Positions 37,350 through 48,451 of a stretch of 53,206 nt of DNA are shown piece by piece. Every line of letters starts with the position of its first letter. Position 1 is the stretch's first letter. The notes under the pieces are model-generated. The model saw nothing but the letters and a program-made list of their open reading frames with translations, was not told where the DNA came from and made no database searches. Location of the stretch: sequence record SRR31156797_6410, one strand, 5' to 3'. Both the position numbers and the translations under genes were made by a program.

Positions 37350-37469
37350 TTAACCCATAATACTTGTGTACGCTGCTAAGAAAATCGAGCCGACAGTGAG
37401 AATAAGCATGGTCCAGATCACGACTTGCGTGATTTTTGCAAAGGTACTTTTTGGTTTTTTCTCGTTCAT
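37350..37469 (-). CDS. 39-aa single-TM protein (DUF4044-like)
   Basis: MNEKKPKSTFAKITQVVIWTMLILTVGSIFLAAYTSIMG; SD aaggtgg; missing from ORF track. Confidence 0.8.
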   Translation of the reverse strand: MNEKKPKSTFAKITQVVIWTMLILTVGSIFLAAYTSIMG

Positions 37470-37738
37470 TCTAATCCACCTTTTAGAGTTATTCTAGTGA
37501 CAGTTTACCCTCAATTTCTCAAGAACTCAAGTTGATCCAAGGAGAAATTAAGAAAATTTCAATTTCACTATAAAAAAATTCGTTAGAATGGCAAGATAGG
37601 CTTGTTGAAGCTACGCCCTTCTGTTTTAATAGGTAAAGAAATACATTCTTTAAAACTTTCAAAAGTTAGTTGTTGAAATAAGAGCCTCCTTAAAAAATTT
37701 CATGGCTGTCTTATTCCGGCTTAAATTTTTAAAAGAAC

Positions 37739-37755
37739 TGAAACATGGATGTAAA
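37739..37755 (+). promoter_or_regulatory. third WalR-like box
   Basis: TGAAAC-atgga-TGTAAA, 10 nt before TATAGT (37766-37771). Confidence 0.5.
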
Positions 37756-37801
37756 GAAAATAAAGTATAGTGACACTAGTTGTTAGAAAGGATTTTGCTG
37801 T

Positions 37802-38170
37802 ATGTCTGGATTTAATCCAATCGTTTTGTTTTGGTATATTTTTCCTGTGCTCGTTTATTTTGCTTGTCGTTTTATCGTTTCTGCACTTTCGTTGAATGAT
37901 CGTTTCCATGTGAAGGCACCGGATTTAGCGGTACCATTTTTAATGGTGGGGATTCATCAATTATCAAAATATACTTTTGATCAAGCAATCACATTGTATT
38001 ATTTGATCTCCATTTTTTTATTAGGCATTCTACTGGCCGTCTTTCAGGCGTACTACTATGAAGAGATCCAATATGGTCGCTATTTTAAGATGTATTGGCG
38101 CAGTATTTTTCTATTTACGATCATTTTTCATGTCGTTTTGATCATTCTAAATATCGTAAGTTACTTATAG
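37802..38170 (+). CDS. DUF3397-like membrane protein
   Basis: Hydrophobic 122 aa with KAPDLAVPFL; typical position before mraZ. Confidence 0.75.
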   Translation: MSGFNPIVLFWYIFPVLVYFACRFIVSALSLNDRFHVKAPDLAVPFLMVGIHQLSKYTFDQAITLYYLISIFLLGILLAVFQAYYYEEIQYGRYFKMYWRSIFLFTIIFHVVLIILNIVSYL

Positions 38171-38303
38171 TGTTTTGCCCCTTGATAAACGTCCATTTTT
38201 TCACTTAAAGTTTTTTTAAAGACTTTAAGGAGTCTGATTTCCTCTTTTTGTTCATTTGGTAAAGAAAAGTCAAACAACTTCCCTTTCAAATTTCATATAA
38301 TTT

Positions 38304-38330
38304 GTGGTAGAAAGTGGGGGATTGTGGTAG
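38304..38330 (+). promoter_or_regulatory. MraZ-binding direct repeats
   Basis: GTGG at 38304, 38314 and 38324 (10-nt period) upstream of mraZ. Confidence 0.8.
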
Positions 38331-38368
38331 ACTGTGAATATCAGGTGGAGATCGGGGGTTATTTATCG

Positions 38369-38800
38369 ATGTTTATGGGTGAATTTCAACATTCGATAGA
38401 TGCAAAAGGCCGACTAATCGTCCCTTCAAAACTACGAGAAAAACTCGGAGAAAAATTTGTTGTGACACGTGGATTAGATGGCTGTTTATTTGGCTACCCC
38501 TTATCTGAATGGGAAAAACTTGAAGAAAAACTAAACGAAATGCCTTTAGCGAAAAAGGATGCTCGGACATTTGTCCGCTTCTTTTATTCTGCTGCAACAG
38601 AGTGCGAGATCGATAAACAAGGACGAATCAATATCCCTGTTACATTGAGAAATCATGCAGACCTTACTAAAAGCTGCGTGATCATCGGGGTTTCAAATCG
38701 AATCGAGATTTGGGATGAAACGCGTTGGCAAGCATTCTCTGAAGAAGCAGAAGAAAACTTTGATGAAATTGCTGAAACAATGATCGACTTTGGCTTATAG
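38369..38800 (+). CDS. mraZ: division/cell wall cluster repressor MraZ
   Basis: [30 protein letters not shown]. Confidence 0.97.
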   Translation: MFMGEFQHSIDAKGRLIVPSKLREKLGEKFVVTRGLDGCLFGYPLSEWEKLEEKLNEMPLAKKDARTFVRFFYSAATECEIDKQGRINIPVTLRNHADLTKSCVIIGVSNRIEIWDETRWQAFSEEAEENFDEIAETMIDFGL

Positions 38801-38825
38801 GCTTGATAGGAAGAGGAAAAAACAC

Positions 38826-39785
38826 ATGGCAGATTTTCAACACTACACCGTTATGCTACAGGAGACCGTTGATGGATTATCAATTCGTCCAGAAGGCGTC
38901 TATGTCGATTGTACATTAGGTGGAGCTGGTCATAGTGAATATTTATTGTCACAACTGTCTGAAGAAGGACATCTCTTTGCTTTTGATCAAGACCAAACCG
39001 CCATCGACCATGCAAAAGAACGTTTAGCACCTTATGTTGCTAAAGGGATGGTCACGTTTATTAAAAGTAATTTCCGCTATTTAAAGGAAGCATTGAATCA
39101 ACACGGCGTAAGCCGAGTCGATGGTATTTTGTATGATTTAGGTGTTTCCTCACCCCAATTAGATGAAGCCGAACGTGGCTTTAGCTACCACCAAGATGCA
39201 CCGCTGGATATGCGGATGGATCAAACTGCAGCATTGACTGCCTATGAAGTGGTCAATCAATTCGACTACCATCAATTAGTCAAAATCTTCTTCCGTTATG
39301 GAGAAGAAAAATTCTCAAAACAAATCGCTCGGGAAATCGAGCGGGTGAGACAAGATCATCCCATCGAAACAACAGGGGAATTGGTCGATATCATCAAAAC
39401 AGCCATTCCAGCTCCAGCAAGAAGAAAGGGCGGTCACCCAGCAAAACGGGTTTTCCAAGCCATTCGAATTGCAGTCAATGATGAGCTAGGTGTAATTGAA
39501 GAATCACTTGAACAAGCCATTCATCTTTTAGCAGTCAACGGACGTGTCAGTGTGATCACGTTCCACTCATTAGAAGATCGCATTGTGAAATCGATGTTCA
39601 AGGAATACAGTACACCAAAGGATATGCCACCAGGTCTGCCGATGATACCAGAAGAATTTCAACCAACACTAAAACTTATAACAAGAAAACCACTGCTTCC
39701 TACTGAGGAAGAAGTAGCTGAAAATAATCGTTCTCGTAGTGCGAAACTACGAATCGCGGAAAAAATCAAGGAAAGCGAAGGGTAA
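38826..39785 (+). CDS. rsmH: 16S rRNA m4C1402 methyltransferase
   Basis: [35 protein letters not shown]. Confidence 0.97.
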   Translation: MADFQHYTVMLQETVDGLSIRPEGVYVDCTLGGAGHSEYLLSQLSEEGHLFAFDQDQTAIDHAKERLAPYVAKGMVTFIKSNFRYLKEALNQHGVSRVDGILYDLGVSSPQLDEAERGFSYHQDAPLDMRMDQTAALTAYEVVNQFDYHQLVKIFFRYGEEKFSKQIAREIERVRQDHPIETTGELVDIIKTAIPAPARRKGGHPAKRVFQAIRIAVNDELGVIEESLEQAIHLLAVNGRVSVITFHSLEDRIVKSMFKEYSTPKDMPPGLPMIPEEFQPTLKLITRKPLLPTEEEVAENNRSRSAKLRIAEKIKESEG

Positions 39786-39790
39786 CAACT

Positions 39791-40210
39791 ATGGCAGAAC
39801 TAAAAGTTCATGACTATGAATTCAGAGAACCTCTTGAATCACAACCTTTGGATCACTCTGAACCGACAACTGAAAAACTGCCTACTGATCCCCAGCGTCC
39901 TGAGGTCATCCGTGTACCAGCATCTCCGGCTCGTCGGTTAAAAAGTATTTCTACTCTAGAAAAACTGATTGCTGCCTTTGTGATTATCGCTGTATTGACG
40001 TTGGCAATCTTGACCATCAATATTCGGACCAATATCAGCCAAGTTGAGCATGATATTTCCTTGATCCAATCGGATATCACTGAGAAAACAACACAAGCAG
40101 AACAGTTGGAACAAGAGAAAAATGAACTTTCTAAAACCGAGCGCATCCAAAAGATTGCTGAGGATAATGGATTGTCGATCGATGATGGCAATTTAAGGAA
40201 AGTGGACTAA
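39791..40210 (+). CDS. ftsL: cell division protein FtsL
   Basis: TM plus coiled coil; between rsmH and pbp. Confidence 0.88.
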   Translation: MAELKVHDYEFREPLESQPLDHSEPTTEKLPTDPQRPEVIRVPASPARRLKSISTLEKLIAAFVIIAVLTLAILTINIRTNISQVEHDISLIQSDITEKTTQAEQLEQEKNELSKTERIQKIAEDNGLSIDDGNLRKVD

Positions 40211-42406
40211 ATGAAGTTAACAGATAAATTCAAGCAATACTTAAAAAAGAACAATCAAACTACAACGAACAATCGCAAAAAAGTAGGTATTATTCTCTTT
40301 GCTACGAGTATTGGATTGTTCTTTTTGTTTGTCACGCGTTTGAGCTATATCGTCATTGTCGGGGATGTCGCGGGAACTTCATTAGCAGAAAAGACCAAAA
40401 ATCTTTATGAAGGCAGCGAAGTGATCAAAGCGAAACGTGGAACAATCTATGACCGTAATGGGATTCCGATCGCCGAAGATGTGACCTCGTATTCCATTTA
40501 TGCTGTTTTGAATCAGAATTACAAAGATGGCAACAAAAATCTCTTTGCAGAAAAAGCAAACTTCAATAAGTTGGCCAAAATTTTGTCAGATGTATTGTCC
40601 ATTGATCAAGAAACGGCAGTCAATACGTTAGAGGATGGCCTTGAGCAACAATTGTGGCGGGTCTCTTTTGGGAGCAAGGGAAATAATATTACATTAGAAC
40701 AAAAAAATGCGATCGAAGATGCAATGGAAAAAGAAGATATTGCCGGCTTCCATTTTGATAGCCATCCAGCTCGCCTTTATCCGAATGGGGTCTTTTCTTC
40801 TCACTTTATCGGGTATGCTGTTGCCAATGATGACGATACTGGTCTAGTCGGCAAAACTGGGTTGGAAGCTGCTTACAATGATGTATTATCGGGAACTGAT
40901 GGTGAGATCGTTTATCAAAAAGATAACAATCAAAACCCGCTGCCCGGAACAGTAGCAGAGACCGTCGCAGCCGTTGACGGAAAAGACGTTTATACCACCA
41001 TCGATAGTCGAATCCAAAGCTATTTGGAAACGCTGATGGACAGCGTCTTTAAAGAAAACAAACCAGAAAACTTAACAGCGAACTTAATGGATGCCAAAAC
41101 CGGCGAAATCATAGCGATGGCGCAACGACCAACCTACAATCCAGAAAATTTGGATTCGATCAATGATTGGCAAAATCTGTTAGTTGAAGACAACTATGAG
41201 CCAGGATCAACCATGAAGATTTTGACGACAGCAGCTGCCATCGATCAAGGCATCTTCAATGAGAACGAAACCTTTACCCCAAGTCCTGATGGATTAAAAC
41301 TTTACGATGCAACCATCAATGACTGGGACTTTGGTCAAAAAGGAACACTGACGATGCGCCAAGCTCTTTCATGGTCCAGTAATATCGGAATGGTGACCTT
41401 GGAGCAGCGGATGGCTGATCGTTGGCAACAATACTTAAAAGAATTTGGCTTTGGCCGTAGCACCTATTCAGGATTGCCTAACGAAAATACTGGAATCACC
41501 CCAGAAGATAATCCTGTCAGCCAAGCGATGACTTCCTTTGGTCAAGCGATTGGTGTGACGAATTTCCAAATGATGCAGGCTTTCACATCGGTCGCAAATA
41601 ATGGAACGATGCTGAAACCACAATTTATTAGTAAAATCGTTGATGGCAATACTGGAGAAGAAACGGTCACGCAACCAGAAGAGGTCGGCCATCCGATCAC
41701 AAAAGAGGCTGCAACAGAGGTCCGTGAATATATGCGTGATGTTGTCGAGAGTGAAAATTATGGAAGTGCCTATGGCGTTTATGAATTACCTGGCTACAAC
41801 ATTTCTGCAAAAACAGGGACGGCCCAAGTAGCCGATCCAACAACCGGTAAGTATTTGTCTGGTGGCACCAATTATCTATATTCCGTTGTTTTGATGTTTC
41901 CTTCAGAAGAACCAGAATACATTTTGTATTTGACGATTAAATTACCAGAGAAGCACGAAAGCACCGTGTTGGGTGAAATTGCCAATCCATTGATGAAACG
42001 GGTCATGGATCTGAAAAACTCTGCATTAGAAGAAAGCACAACATCTGGTAGCGAAACAACTGTGGGGGATTATCGCAATCTCGATACAGAATCGGCTGCA
42101 ACGGATGTTCAAAAAGCTGGATTGATCCCGGTAGTCATCGGGGATGGTGAAAAAGTCATTGCCCAATCGGTTGACAGTGGGACTTCGATCATGCCTGGCG
42201 GACGGGTACTGCTCGTTACCGACAGCGATAAGTACTATATGCCGGATACGACTTCTTGGTCAAAAGCAGACTTAATCAAATTTGGTAGTCTGCTGAATGT
42301 AGACGTCAGTTTTGAAGGAAACGGCTATTGTACCAAACAAAGCGTGGAACCATACACCGAATTATCAGGACAATCGATCAAGTTTACACTAAGTGAAAAC
42401 GAATAA
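40211..42406 (+). CDS. pbpB: class B penicillin-binding protein (PBP2x/FtsI-like, PASTA domains)
   Basis: RGTIYDRNG, EPGSTMK (SxxK), SSN, KTGT; dcw position. Confidence 0.93.
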   Translation: MKLTDKFKQYLKKNNQTTTNNRKKVGIILFATSIGLFFLFVTRLSYIVIVGDVAGTSLAEKTKNLYEGSEVIKAKRGTIYDRNGIPIAEDVTSYSIYAVLNQNYKDGNKNLFAEKANFNKLAKILSDVLSIDQETAVNTLEDGLEQQLWRVSFGSKGNNITLEQKNAIEDAMEKEDIAGFHFDSHPARLYPNGVFSSHFIGYAVANDDDTGLVGKTGLEAAYNDVLSGTDGEIVYQKDNNQNPLPGTVAETVAAVDGKDVYTTIDSRIQSYLETLMDSVFKENKPENLTANLMDAKTGEIIAMAQRPTYNPENLDSINDWQNLLVEDNYEPGSTMKILTTAAAIDQGIFNENETFTPSPDGLKLYDATINDWDFGQKGTLTMRQALSWSSNIGMVTLEQRMADRWQQYLKEFGFGRSTYSGLPNENTGITPEDNPVSQAMTSFGQAIGVTNFQMMQAFTSVANNGTMLKPQFISKIVDGNTGEETVTQPEEVGHPITKEAATEVREYMRDVVESENYGSAYGVYELPGYNISAKTGTAQVADPTTGKYLSGGTNYLYSVVLMFPSEEPEYILYLTIKLPEKHESTVLGEIANPLMKRVMDLKNSALEESTTSGSETTVGDYRNLDTESAATDVQKAGLIPVVIGDGEKVIAQSVDSGTSIMPGGRVLLVTDSDKYYMPDTTSWSKADLIKFGSLLNVDVSFEGNGYCTKQSVEPYTELSGQSIKFTLSENE

Positions 42407-42421
42407 ATAGGAGAGAACAAT

Positions 42422-43384
42422 ATGGAATGGACAGAGATGATATTACCTTTGGCAAGTGGCTTTGCGATCGTAACAGCCACAATGCCTTTGTTTATCGGCT
42501 ATTTTCAAATGAAGAAATACGGACAGGAAATACGTGGTGACGGCCCCAAATGGCACAATGTAAAGGCCGGTACACCAACGATGGGTGGGTTTGTATTTTT
42601 GATTTCTGCAATGATCACTGCCATCTGGGTAGGAGCATGGCAAAATCAATTGACTGCTTCATTGTTCATTCTTTTGTTCATTACCTTGGTTTATGGTGCA
42701 TTAGGATTTCTTGATGACTTCATCAAGATTTTCCGCAAACGAAATATGGGGCTGAACTCGTTGCAAAAGCTGATTGGACAGATTTTAGGCGGACTCGTCT
42801 TTTACTTTGTTTTCCGATCCGAAGGCAATGCGGATGTACTGAATTTCTTTGGGATAGACGTGTCGCTATCGATTTTTTATGGCTTGTTCGTCATTTTTTG
42901 GCTTGTTGGTTTTTCAAATGCAGTCAACTTGACGGACGGTATCGATGGGCTAGTCGCAGGACTGGGCACGATTTCTTTTTCAACTTACGCACTGATTGCT
43001 TGGCGACAAGATCAAATCGATGTGTTAATCGTTTGTCTTGCGATCATCGGCGGATTGATCGGCTTCTTTCCCTACAATCGCAAACCGGCAAAAATCTTTA
43101 TGGGGGATGTCGGCTCACTGGCTTTAGGCGGTCTGCTGGCAGCTATCTCGATTCTTTTACACCAAGAATGGACCCTATTGCTTGTCGGACTGGTCTATGT
43201 TTGTGAAACAGCAAGCGTGATGCTGCAAGTTGCCTCATTCAAATTAACAGGCAAACGAATCTTCAAGATGTCACCCATCCATCATCATTTTGAAATGAGC
43301 GGATGGTCTGAGTGGAAGATCGACACTGTGTTTTGGTGTATCGCGTTAGGTTGCTCGTTGCTCACAATAGCCCTTGTATGGTAG
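42422..43384 (+). CDS. mraY: phospho-MurNAc-pentapeptide translocase
   Basis: GTPTMGG, NAVNLTDGIDGL, FMGDVGS, PIHHHFE. Confidence 0.98.
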   Translation: MEWTEMILPLASGFAIVTATMPLFIGYFQMKKYGQEIRGDGPKWHNVKAGTPTMGGFVFLISAMITAIWVGAWQNQLTASLFILLFITLVYGALGFLDDFIKIFRKRNMGLNSLQKLIGQILGGLVFYFVFRSEGNADVLNFFGIDVSLSIFYGLFVIFWLVGFSNAVNLTDGIDGLVAGLGTISFSTYALIAWRQDQIDVLIVCLAIIGGLIGFFPYNRKPAKIFMGDVGSLALGGLLAAISILLHQEWTLLLVGLVYVCETASVMLQVASFKLTGKRIFKMSPIHHHFEMSGWSEWKIDTVFWCIALGCSLLTIALVW

Positions 43385-43387
43385 GAG

Positions 43388-44755
43388 ATGAAGAAAATGA
43401 AAAAAATTACAACATATCAAAATAAAAAAGTTCTTGTGCTAGGATTAGCGCGTAGTGGATTCAGTGCGGCCAAATTGTTACATGATTTGGGCGCACTTGT
43501 GACCGTTAATGACGGAAAGCCATTTGCTGAAAATCCAGAAGCACAAGATCTTTTGGCTTTAGGGGTCAAAGTGATCACTGGCAGCCACCCGATTGAATTA
43601 TTGGATGAAGGATTTTCGCTAGTCGTTAAAAATCCAGGGATCCCCTATTCACAACCTCTTGTTCAAAAAGCTTTAGAGAAAAAAATTCCTGTGATCACGG
43701 AAGTGGAACTAGCGTATCAAATCTCTGAAGCGCCGATTATCGGTATTACTGGTACGAATGGAAAAACCACCACAACGACTATGATCGCCAATGTCTTGAA
43801 TGCTGGAATGGAAAAAGGACAGGCATTGCTTTCTGGAAATATCGGGTTTCCTGCAAGTTCCGTTGCTCAAACAGCTAAGCCTGAAGATCGCTTGGTGATG
43901 GAGCTTTCAAGTTTCCAATTGATGGGAATCGATACCTTACGGCCGAAAATCGCTGTCATCACGAATATATATGAAGCCCATATCGATTACCATGGTAGTC
44001 GCCCGGAATATGTCTTAGCAAAATGGCGCTTGCAACAACGAATGACCGCTGACGATTATTTAGTGATCAACTGGAACCAACCGGAACTAGAAGCACTGTC
44101 GGCCAAATCAAAGGCGAAAATCATTCCTTTTTCCACCAAGGAAAAAGTAGCAGGAGCATATATGCTTGATGGGATGCTCTACTATAAAGAAGAAGCAATT
44201 ATGGCAGCGGAGGAACTTGGCGTACCAGGGGCACACAATATTGAAAATGCCTTAGCGGCGATCGCTGTTGGAAAACTTTGCAATATGCCAAACGAAGCAA
44301 TCAAACAAGCGTTGCAAACCTTCACTGGGGTACCTCATCGGACCCAGTATGTCACCACCATCAATCAGGTGAAATTTTTCAATGATTCCAAAGCAACCAA
44401 CATCTTAGCAACAGAAATGGCCTTAGGCGGTTTTGACAATGAGAAATTGGTCTTATTGGCAGGCGGCTTGGACCGTGGTAACAGTTTTGATGAGTTGGTT
44501 CCAGCACTAAAAGGACTCAAAGCTATCGTAGTGTTTGGAGAAACAAAAGAAAAATTAGCCGCAGCCGCTCAAGCAGCTGGCGTAAAAACGATTGAAATGA
44601 CAGACAATGTTGAAACCGCCGTCCCAGTTGCCTTTTCTTTAAGTGCTGCTGGAGATACGATTCTATTGTCACCGGCGAATGCAAGTTGGGATCAATACCC
44701 TAATTTTGAAGTTCGCGGCGACAAATTTATGGCGGCAGTAGCAGAACTTAAATAG
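43388..44755 (+). CDS. murD: UDP-MurNAc-L-Ala:D-Glu ligase
   Basis: [37 protein letters not shown]. Confidence 0.97.
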   Translation: MKKMKKITTYQNKKVLVLGLARSGFSAAKLLHDLGALVTVNDGKPFAENPEAQDLLALGVKVITGSHPIELLDEGFSLVVKNPGIPYSQPLVQKALEKKIPVITEVELAYQISEAPIIGITGTNGKTTTTTMIANVLNAGMEKGQALLSGNIGFPASSVAQTAKPEDRLVMELSSFQLMGIDTLRPKIAVITNIYEAHIDYHGSRPEYVLAKWRLQQRMTADDYLVINWNQPELEALSAKSKAKIIPFSTKEKVAGAYMLDGMLYYKEEAIMAAEELGVPGAHNIENALAAIAVGKLCNMPNEAIKQALQTFTGVPHRTQYVTTINQVKFFNDSKATNILATEMALGGFDNEKLVLLAGGLDRGNSFDELVPALKGLKAIVVFGETKEKLAAAAQAAGVKTIEMTDNVETAVPVAFSLSAAGDTILLSPANASWDQYPNFEVRGDKFMAAVAELK

Positions 44756-44770
44756 AAATGAGTGAAGGAC

Positions 44771-45865
44771 ATGAAAATACTTGTGACTGGCGGCGGTACT
44801 GGCGGCCACATCTATCCAGCGTTGTCTTTTGTCGATTACGTAAAAGAGATTGACCCGACAGCCGAATTTTTATACATTGGTGCAACAAGGGGCTTGGAGA
44901 ATAAAATCGTCCCTCCAACAGGTATTCCTTTTAAAACGTTAGAGATTCAAGGCTTTAAGCGTAAGCTGTCTTTTGATAACGTAAAAACGATCCAGCTTTT
45001 CATGAAAAGCTATTATGCAGCAAAGAAAATCATCAAGGAGTTTCAACCGGATGTGGTGATTGGCACCGGCGGCTATGTTTCTGGCGCCGTGGTCTTTGCT
45101 GCAGCGAAGTTGAAAATACCTACCATTATTCATGAACAAAATAGTGTTCCTGGAATCACCAATAAGTTTCTAACCAAGTATGTGGATAAAATCGCCATTG
45201 CTTTTCACGATGCTTCTCAATACTTTCCAGCGAAGAAAACGGTGCTAGTGGGCAATCCCAGGGGGCAAGAAGTACGGAATAGTCAAAAGTCGACGATTTT
45301 GTCTTCTTACGATTTAAATCCGGCGAAAAAAACGGTTTTGGTTTTTGGTGGGAGTCAAGGAGCTCTGAAAATCAACCAAGCGATCATTGATGCGCTGCCG
45401 CTTTTTGCTCAAAAAGAGTATCAGTTACTTTATGCATCTGGCGAAAGGTATTACAAAGAGATCGAAGAAAAAATCGGGATGTCAAAAGATGCTTTCCCTA
45501 ATATCAGTATTCGTCCCTATATCGATCAAATGGCAGAAGTGATGGCAAATAGTGATTTGTTGATTGGACGAGCAGGTGCCACATCGATTGCCGAATTTAC
45601 GGCATTAGGGATTCCAGCAATTCTGATTCCTAGCCCTTATGTGACTAATGACCACCAAACAAAGAACGCCCAAAGTTTAGCTAATGCAGGAGCAGTCAAA
45701 ATGATTGCCGATCATGAACTAAACAGCCAAAACCTCGTGGAAGCAGTAGATAGTATCATGCAAGATGAAGCCCTTCGTAGTAAGATGGCCAAAGCCTCAA
45801 AAGAACAAGGGATCAGCGATGCCTCAGAACGATTATTTCGACTTGTGCAAGAGGTAATCAAATAG
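44771..45865 (+). CDS. murG: lipid II GlcNAc transferase
   Basis: [31 protein letters not shown]. Confidence 0.97.
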   Translation: MKILVTGGGTGGHIYPALSFVDYVKEIDPTAEFLYIGATRGLENKIVPPTGIPFKTLEIQGFKRKLSFDNVKTIQLFMKSYYAAKKIIKEFQPDVVIGTGGYVSGAVVFAAAKLKIPTIIHEQNSVPGITNKFLTKYVDKIAIAFHDASQYFPAKKTVLVGNPRGQEVRNSQKSTILSSYDLNPAKKTVLVFGGSQGALKINQAIIDALPLFAQKEYQLLYASGERYYKEIEEKIGMSKDAFPNISIRPYIDQMAEVMANSDLLIGRAGATSIAEFTALGIPAILIPSPYVTNDHQTKNAQSLANAGAVKMIADHELNSQNLVEAVDSIMQDEALRSKMAKASKEQGISDASERLFRLVQEVIK

Positions 45866-45897
45866 TACAATGTGTGGGATAGAAAGGAGCGATTATC

Positions 45898-46944
45898 ATT
45901 AGTAAAGACAAAACACCTCATGATGATCAAACCCCCTCGTCAACGGAAGAGTTGACCCCTTGGCAAAAAGAAAATCTAAAATATTTGCAAGAAAAAGGCA
46001 ATCAGCCAGCTTGGTCTTCACCCGCTTCTGAAGAAACAGAAGACATGAAAGAAGCGCATGAAGATGAAGAGGAGTTGGCAGAAGAAGCACTTTTTGAAGC
46101 AGAACAAGCGATAGAAGAAACCGACGCTGGGAAAGAAGAGCTGCCTGAGCCAGAAAAAAAGGCTCGCTCCTTTGCTGACCGGCTACCTAATCTAAAGGCG
46201 TACCGCAATCAAGTATTGATTCGCCGTTTAGCGCTGATTATCGGTTTACTGATGATTCCTTTGCTGATTGTTTTGTATTTTGTTTCGCCGCTTAGTCGTT
46301 TGGCTAATGTGGTGGTCAAAGGCAATCAAGAAGTATCCGCAGAAGCGATTCTCAAAAATTCTGACCTAGCCGTCAATGAAGAGATGTGGCCGCAATTTTT
46401 TGAACGGAATCAGAGTGTAGCAGCAATCAAAAAAGAATTGCCGCGCATAAAAAATGCTTCTATTTCTTTATCTGGTATTAATCGTTTTGATATCACTGTC
46501 ACTGAATTCCAGGAAGTGGCTTTATTAGCCAAAGATGGCGGCTATGCACCAGTTTTGGAAAATGGCGCTGTTTTGGATGATATCAGTGAGCAGCCAGAGG
46601 AAGGATTGCCGGTTTTAGAAAATTTTTCGGCTGAAGACAAAATCAAGGCGACACTCAATGCCTATCAAGAATTAAGTTCAGAAATTCGAGATGGCATTTC
46701 TCAAATCAAATACACCCCCCGTGACAGCAATGATGAACTGTTAACTCTCTTTATGAATGATGGCAATCAAGTGATTGTCAATATCTCAAATATGGTGAGT
46801 CAAATGCAGTATTATCCGCAAATTGCCAAAGATTTGACCGAGGACAGTATTGTGGATATGGAAGTTGGGATCTTTACTTACCCAATTTCAAATACACAAG
46901 AAGACGATGCAGACGAAAATCAAACAGCTGATAGTGATTCTTAG
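45898..46944 (+). CDS. divIB: cell division protein DivIB/FtsQ; probable ATT start
   Basis: TM, POTRA-like region, DMEVGIF; SD aaaggag 8 nt before in-frame ATT 45898; ORF-track TTG 45952 has only a weak SD. Confidence 0.9.
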   Translation: MSKDKTPHDDQTPSSTEELTPWQKENLKYLQEKGNQPAWSSPASEETEDMKEAHEDEEELAEEALFEAEQAIEETDAGKEELPEPEKKARSFADRLPNLKAYRNQVLIRRLALIIGLLMIPLLIVLYFVSPLSRLANVVVKGNQEVSAEAILKNSDLAVNEEMWPQFFERNQSVAAIKKELPRIKNASISLSGINRFDITVTEFQEVALLAKDGGYAPVLENGAVLDDISEQPEEGLPVLENFSAEDKIKATLNAYQELSSEIRDGISQIKYTPRDSNDELLTLFMNDGNQVIVNISNMVSQMQYYPQIAKDLTEDSIVDMEVGIFTYPISNTQEDDADENQTADSDS

Positions 46945-47097
46945 GAAAAATTCAAGAGTTTTTTTCATTAACTTGTTTCTAAAAAGCGCCATTATATGGT
47001 AGAATTGGTAACAGTGAACAAATTATTCGAATGAACTCTAAAAACGGACTGTGATGGTTCGCTATATATCCAATTTAAGTAGGAGGGAACCCCATCC

Positions 47098-48420
47098 ATG
47101 GCAAAAACGGGAATGTATGTTGGCCTTGATATCGGTACGACATCTGTAAAAGTTGTAGTAGCCGAATACGTTGACAGCCAAATGAATATCATTGGTGTAG
47201 GAAATGCAAAATCAGAAGGAATCAACCGTGGCATCATTGTAGATATCGATAAAACGGTACAAGCCATTCAAAGAGCAGTAAGACAAGCAGAAGAAAAAGC
47301 AGGAATTCAAATTCGCAGTGTAAGTGTTGGTGTACCAGCCAATCTTCTTGAAGTGGAAAATTGTCAAGGGATGATCGCTGTCAACAGTGAATCAAAAGAG
47401 ATCACCGACGAAGACGTCCGCAATGTTGCTTCCGCAGCACTTGTACGTTCAACCCCTCCTGAAAGACAGATCATTGCTATCTTACCGCAAGAATTTACAG
47501 TGGATGGTTTTGAAGGGATCAAAGATCCTCGTGGCATGATCGGTGTTCGCCTAGAGATGTTTGGTGTGGTTTATACAGGTCCAAAAACCATCATTCACAA
47601 CATTCGTAAATGTGTGGAAAAATCTGGTCTGATCGTTAATGAAGTAGTCATTACGCCATTAGCACTGACAGAATCGATTTTATCTGATGGTGAAAAAGAT
47701 TTTGGTACGATCGTTATCGACATCGGCGGCGGCCAAACGACGACATCAGCGATGCACGACAAGCAATTGAAATTTACCCATGTGAACCAAGAGGGTGGCG
47801 AATTTGTCACAAAAGACATTTCGACAGTTTTAAATACCTCCTTCAACAATGCAGAAGCATTAAAAATCAATTATGGGGATGCGTATCCTGAACGGACATC
47901 CGCTAGTGAAGAATTTCCAGTGGATGTGATTGGGAAATCAGAACCTGTGAAGATCGATGAACGCTATTTGTCAGAAATCATCGAAGCACGTATGGAACAG
48001 ATTTTTACCAAATCAAAAGAAGTCTTAGATGAAATTGATGGACTTGATTTGCCAGGTGGCGTGATTTTGACTGGTGGTGCTGCAAGCCTGCCGGGTGTCG
48101 TAGATTTGGCTCAAGAAGTATTCGAAACAAACGTTAAGCTTTACGTTCCTAATCATATGGGACTTAGAAATCCTGTATTCACCAATGTAATCAGTATCGT
48201 TGACTATTCAGCAAACTTAAGCGAAGTCTATCAGCTTGCCAAAAGTGCGATCACTGGTGAAAAAACAGTCGCGCAACAGCCCGTTGCCATTCAACAACAA
48301 GAAGTGCATTACGAACAATATGAAGCTCCAGAAGAAACTTATGAAGAAACAGAAGAAGAGAAAAAAGGTGAGTCGATCACAAACCGAGTAAAAGATTTCT
48401 TCTCAAATATCTTTGAATAA
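47098..48420 (+). CDS. ftsA: cell division protein FtsA
   Basis: GLDIGTTSVK, IDIGGGQT, LTGGAA; C-terminal amphipathic helix. Confidence 0.98.
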   Translation: MAKTGMYVGLDIGTTSVKVVVAEYVDSQMNIIGVGNAKSEGINRGIIVDIDKTVQAIQRAVRQAEEKAGIQIRSVSVGVPANLLEVENCQGMIAVNSESKEITDEDVRNVASAALVRSTPPERQIIAILPQEFTVDGFEGIKDPRGMIGVRLEMFGVVYTGPKTIIHNIRKCVEKSGLIVNEVVITPLALTESILSDGEKDFGTIVIDIGGGQTTTSAMHDKQLKFTHVNQEGGEFVTKDISTVLNTSFNNAEALKINYGDAYPERTSASEEFPVDVIGKSEPVKIDERYLSEIIEARMEQIFTKSKEVLDEIDGLDLPGGVILTGGAASLPGVVDLAQEVFETNVKLYVPNHMGLRNPVFTNVISIVDYSANLSEVYQLAKSAITGEKTVAQQPVAIQQQEVHYEQYEAPEETYEETEEEKKGESITNRVKDFFSNIFE

Positions 48421-48451
48421 TCTAAAACGATTCTCAGGAGGAAGATAAACT

